A stretch of DNA of 61,609 nucleotides, filler included, from Choristocarpus tenellus KU-1152 (lineage: Eukaryota > Protista > Phaeophyceae): assembly GCA_964200185.2 (NCBI GenBank). It is 6 parts of 6 records of this genome, joined end to end, with 100 filler letters (N's around TTAATTAATTAA, not from the genome) between each part and the next. Parts side by side here need not be neighbours in the genome. Positions count along the whole stretch, not along the records: positions 54,924 to 61,609 come from CAXNAD020007563.1; 5 more parts are not named here. One strand, 5' to 3'. The position numbers were made by a program, and so were the translations under genes. Each line of letters starts with the position of its first letter. Position 1 is the first letter of the stretch. The notes beneath the pieces were generated by a model. The model saw only the letters and a list, made by a program, of their open reading frames with translations, made no database searches and was not told the DNA's origin. Positions 61,011-61,609 of the stretch are shown in pieces.

Positions 61011-61609
61011 GTGGGTGCATGGTTGTGTTGGAGTTTGGGTGGATGGATGAATGGATGGATAGTGATTTCCAAGGCGGTACGTGCTTGTGGAAGGGGGCAT
61101 ATTTTAACCAGTACAGATCAGGAATAAATGGGATTATATGAGTGGATTTGGTGCGTGGGTGTATTTTGTGGGGAATTTTTGTATTTTTAGGTTCTGTGGG
61201 CTAAATTGCAAATCACATTTTGAGGGTCGGGGTTGGTATATGGTCAAGGTGGAGTCCTTTTGTATATATTATGTAGACATTAGCATCATACTTGTACTTC
61301 ACCTGGATTTGGTATTCTTGGGGAGGCATTGTGCAGATCTGCATTTTGAGGTTGCTATGGTAGGGTTGATTTAAGGCTCATGTAAGGGTTGGGATATCGG
61401 TGTGATATGGATAATATTGTAGGTGCACATATATATTCCTCTACTACTACTGGGCTAATTTTTCGTTTATCATGTCTTATTATATATATAGTACAGGTTT
61501 GTTTGTTGTTTAGTTGGGGTATACCTTCACATGGCTTGTTTGTTCTGATGAAATGATGTTTAGTTTCCATCTGGGAATAAAAGCCTTGTGTGAGGGGGGG
61601 GGGGGGGGG

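Overview
Eukaryotic nuclear DNA with intron-rich genes. It is most likely from a photosynthetic stramenopile (brown alga or close relative); this is inferred from a Tic20 with a bipartite signal plus ASAF-type presequence, FNIP repeats and interstitial TTAGGG motifs. The window is six contigs joined by artificial 100-bp N44-TTAATTAATTAA-N44 linkers, so adjacency across the linkers is not biological evidence. Spliced genes reconstructed by eye: an alpha/beta-hydrolase-like membrane protein, a SOUL heme-binding protein, Acinus (SAP+RRM+RSB), an F-box-like gene start, a two-TM protein resembling trimeric ENaC/ASIC/PAC channels, BET3/TRAPPC3, SYF1/XAB2 (partial), Tic20, an FNIP-repeat gene or pseudogene, a cyclin (partial) and an unknown membrane protein (partial). 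Between them lie a degenerate chromodomain-bearing Ty3/gypsy element, several Ty1/copia remnants, mariner-like transposase fragments and three copies of a ~258-bp MITE. The most notable points are the ENaC/PAC-like channel candidate, GC-AG donors in three conserved genes, the MITE whose excision restores a copia reading frame, and four head-to-head gene pairs. All exon calls and homologies are by eye, without database searches.
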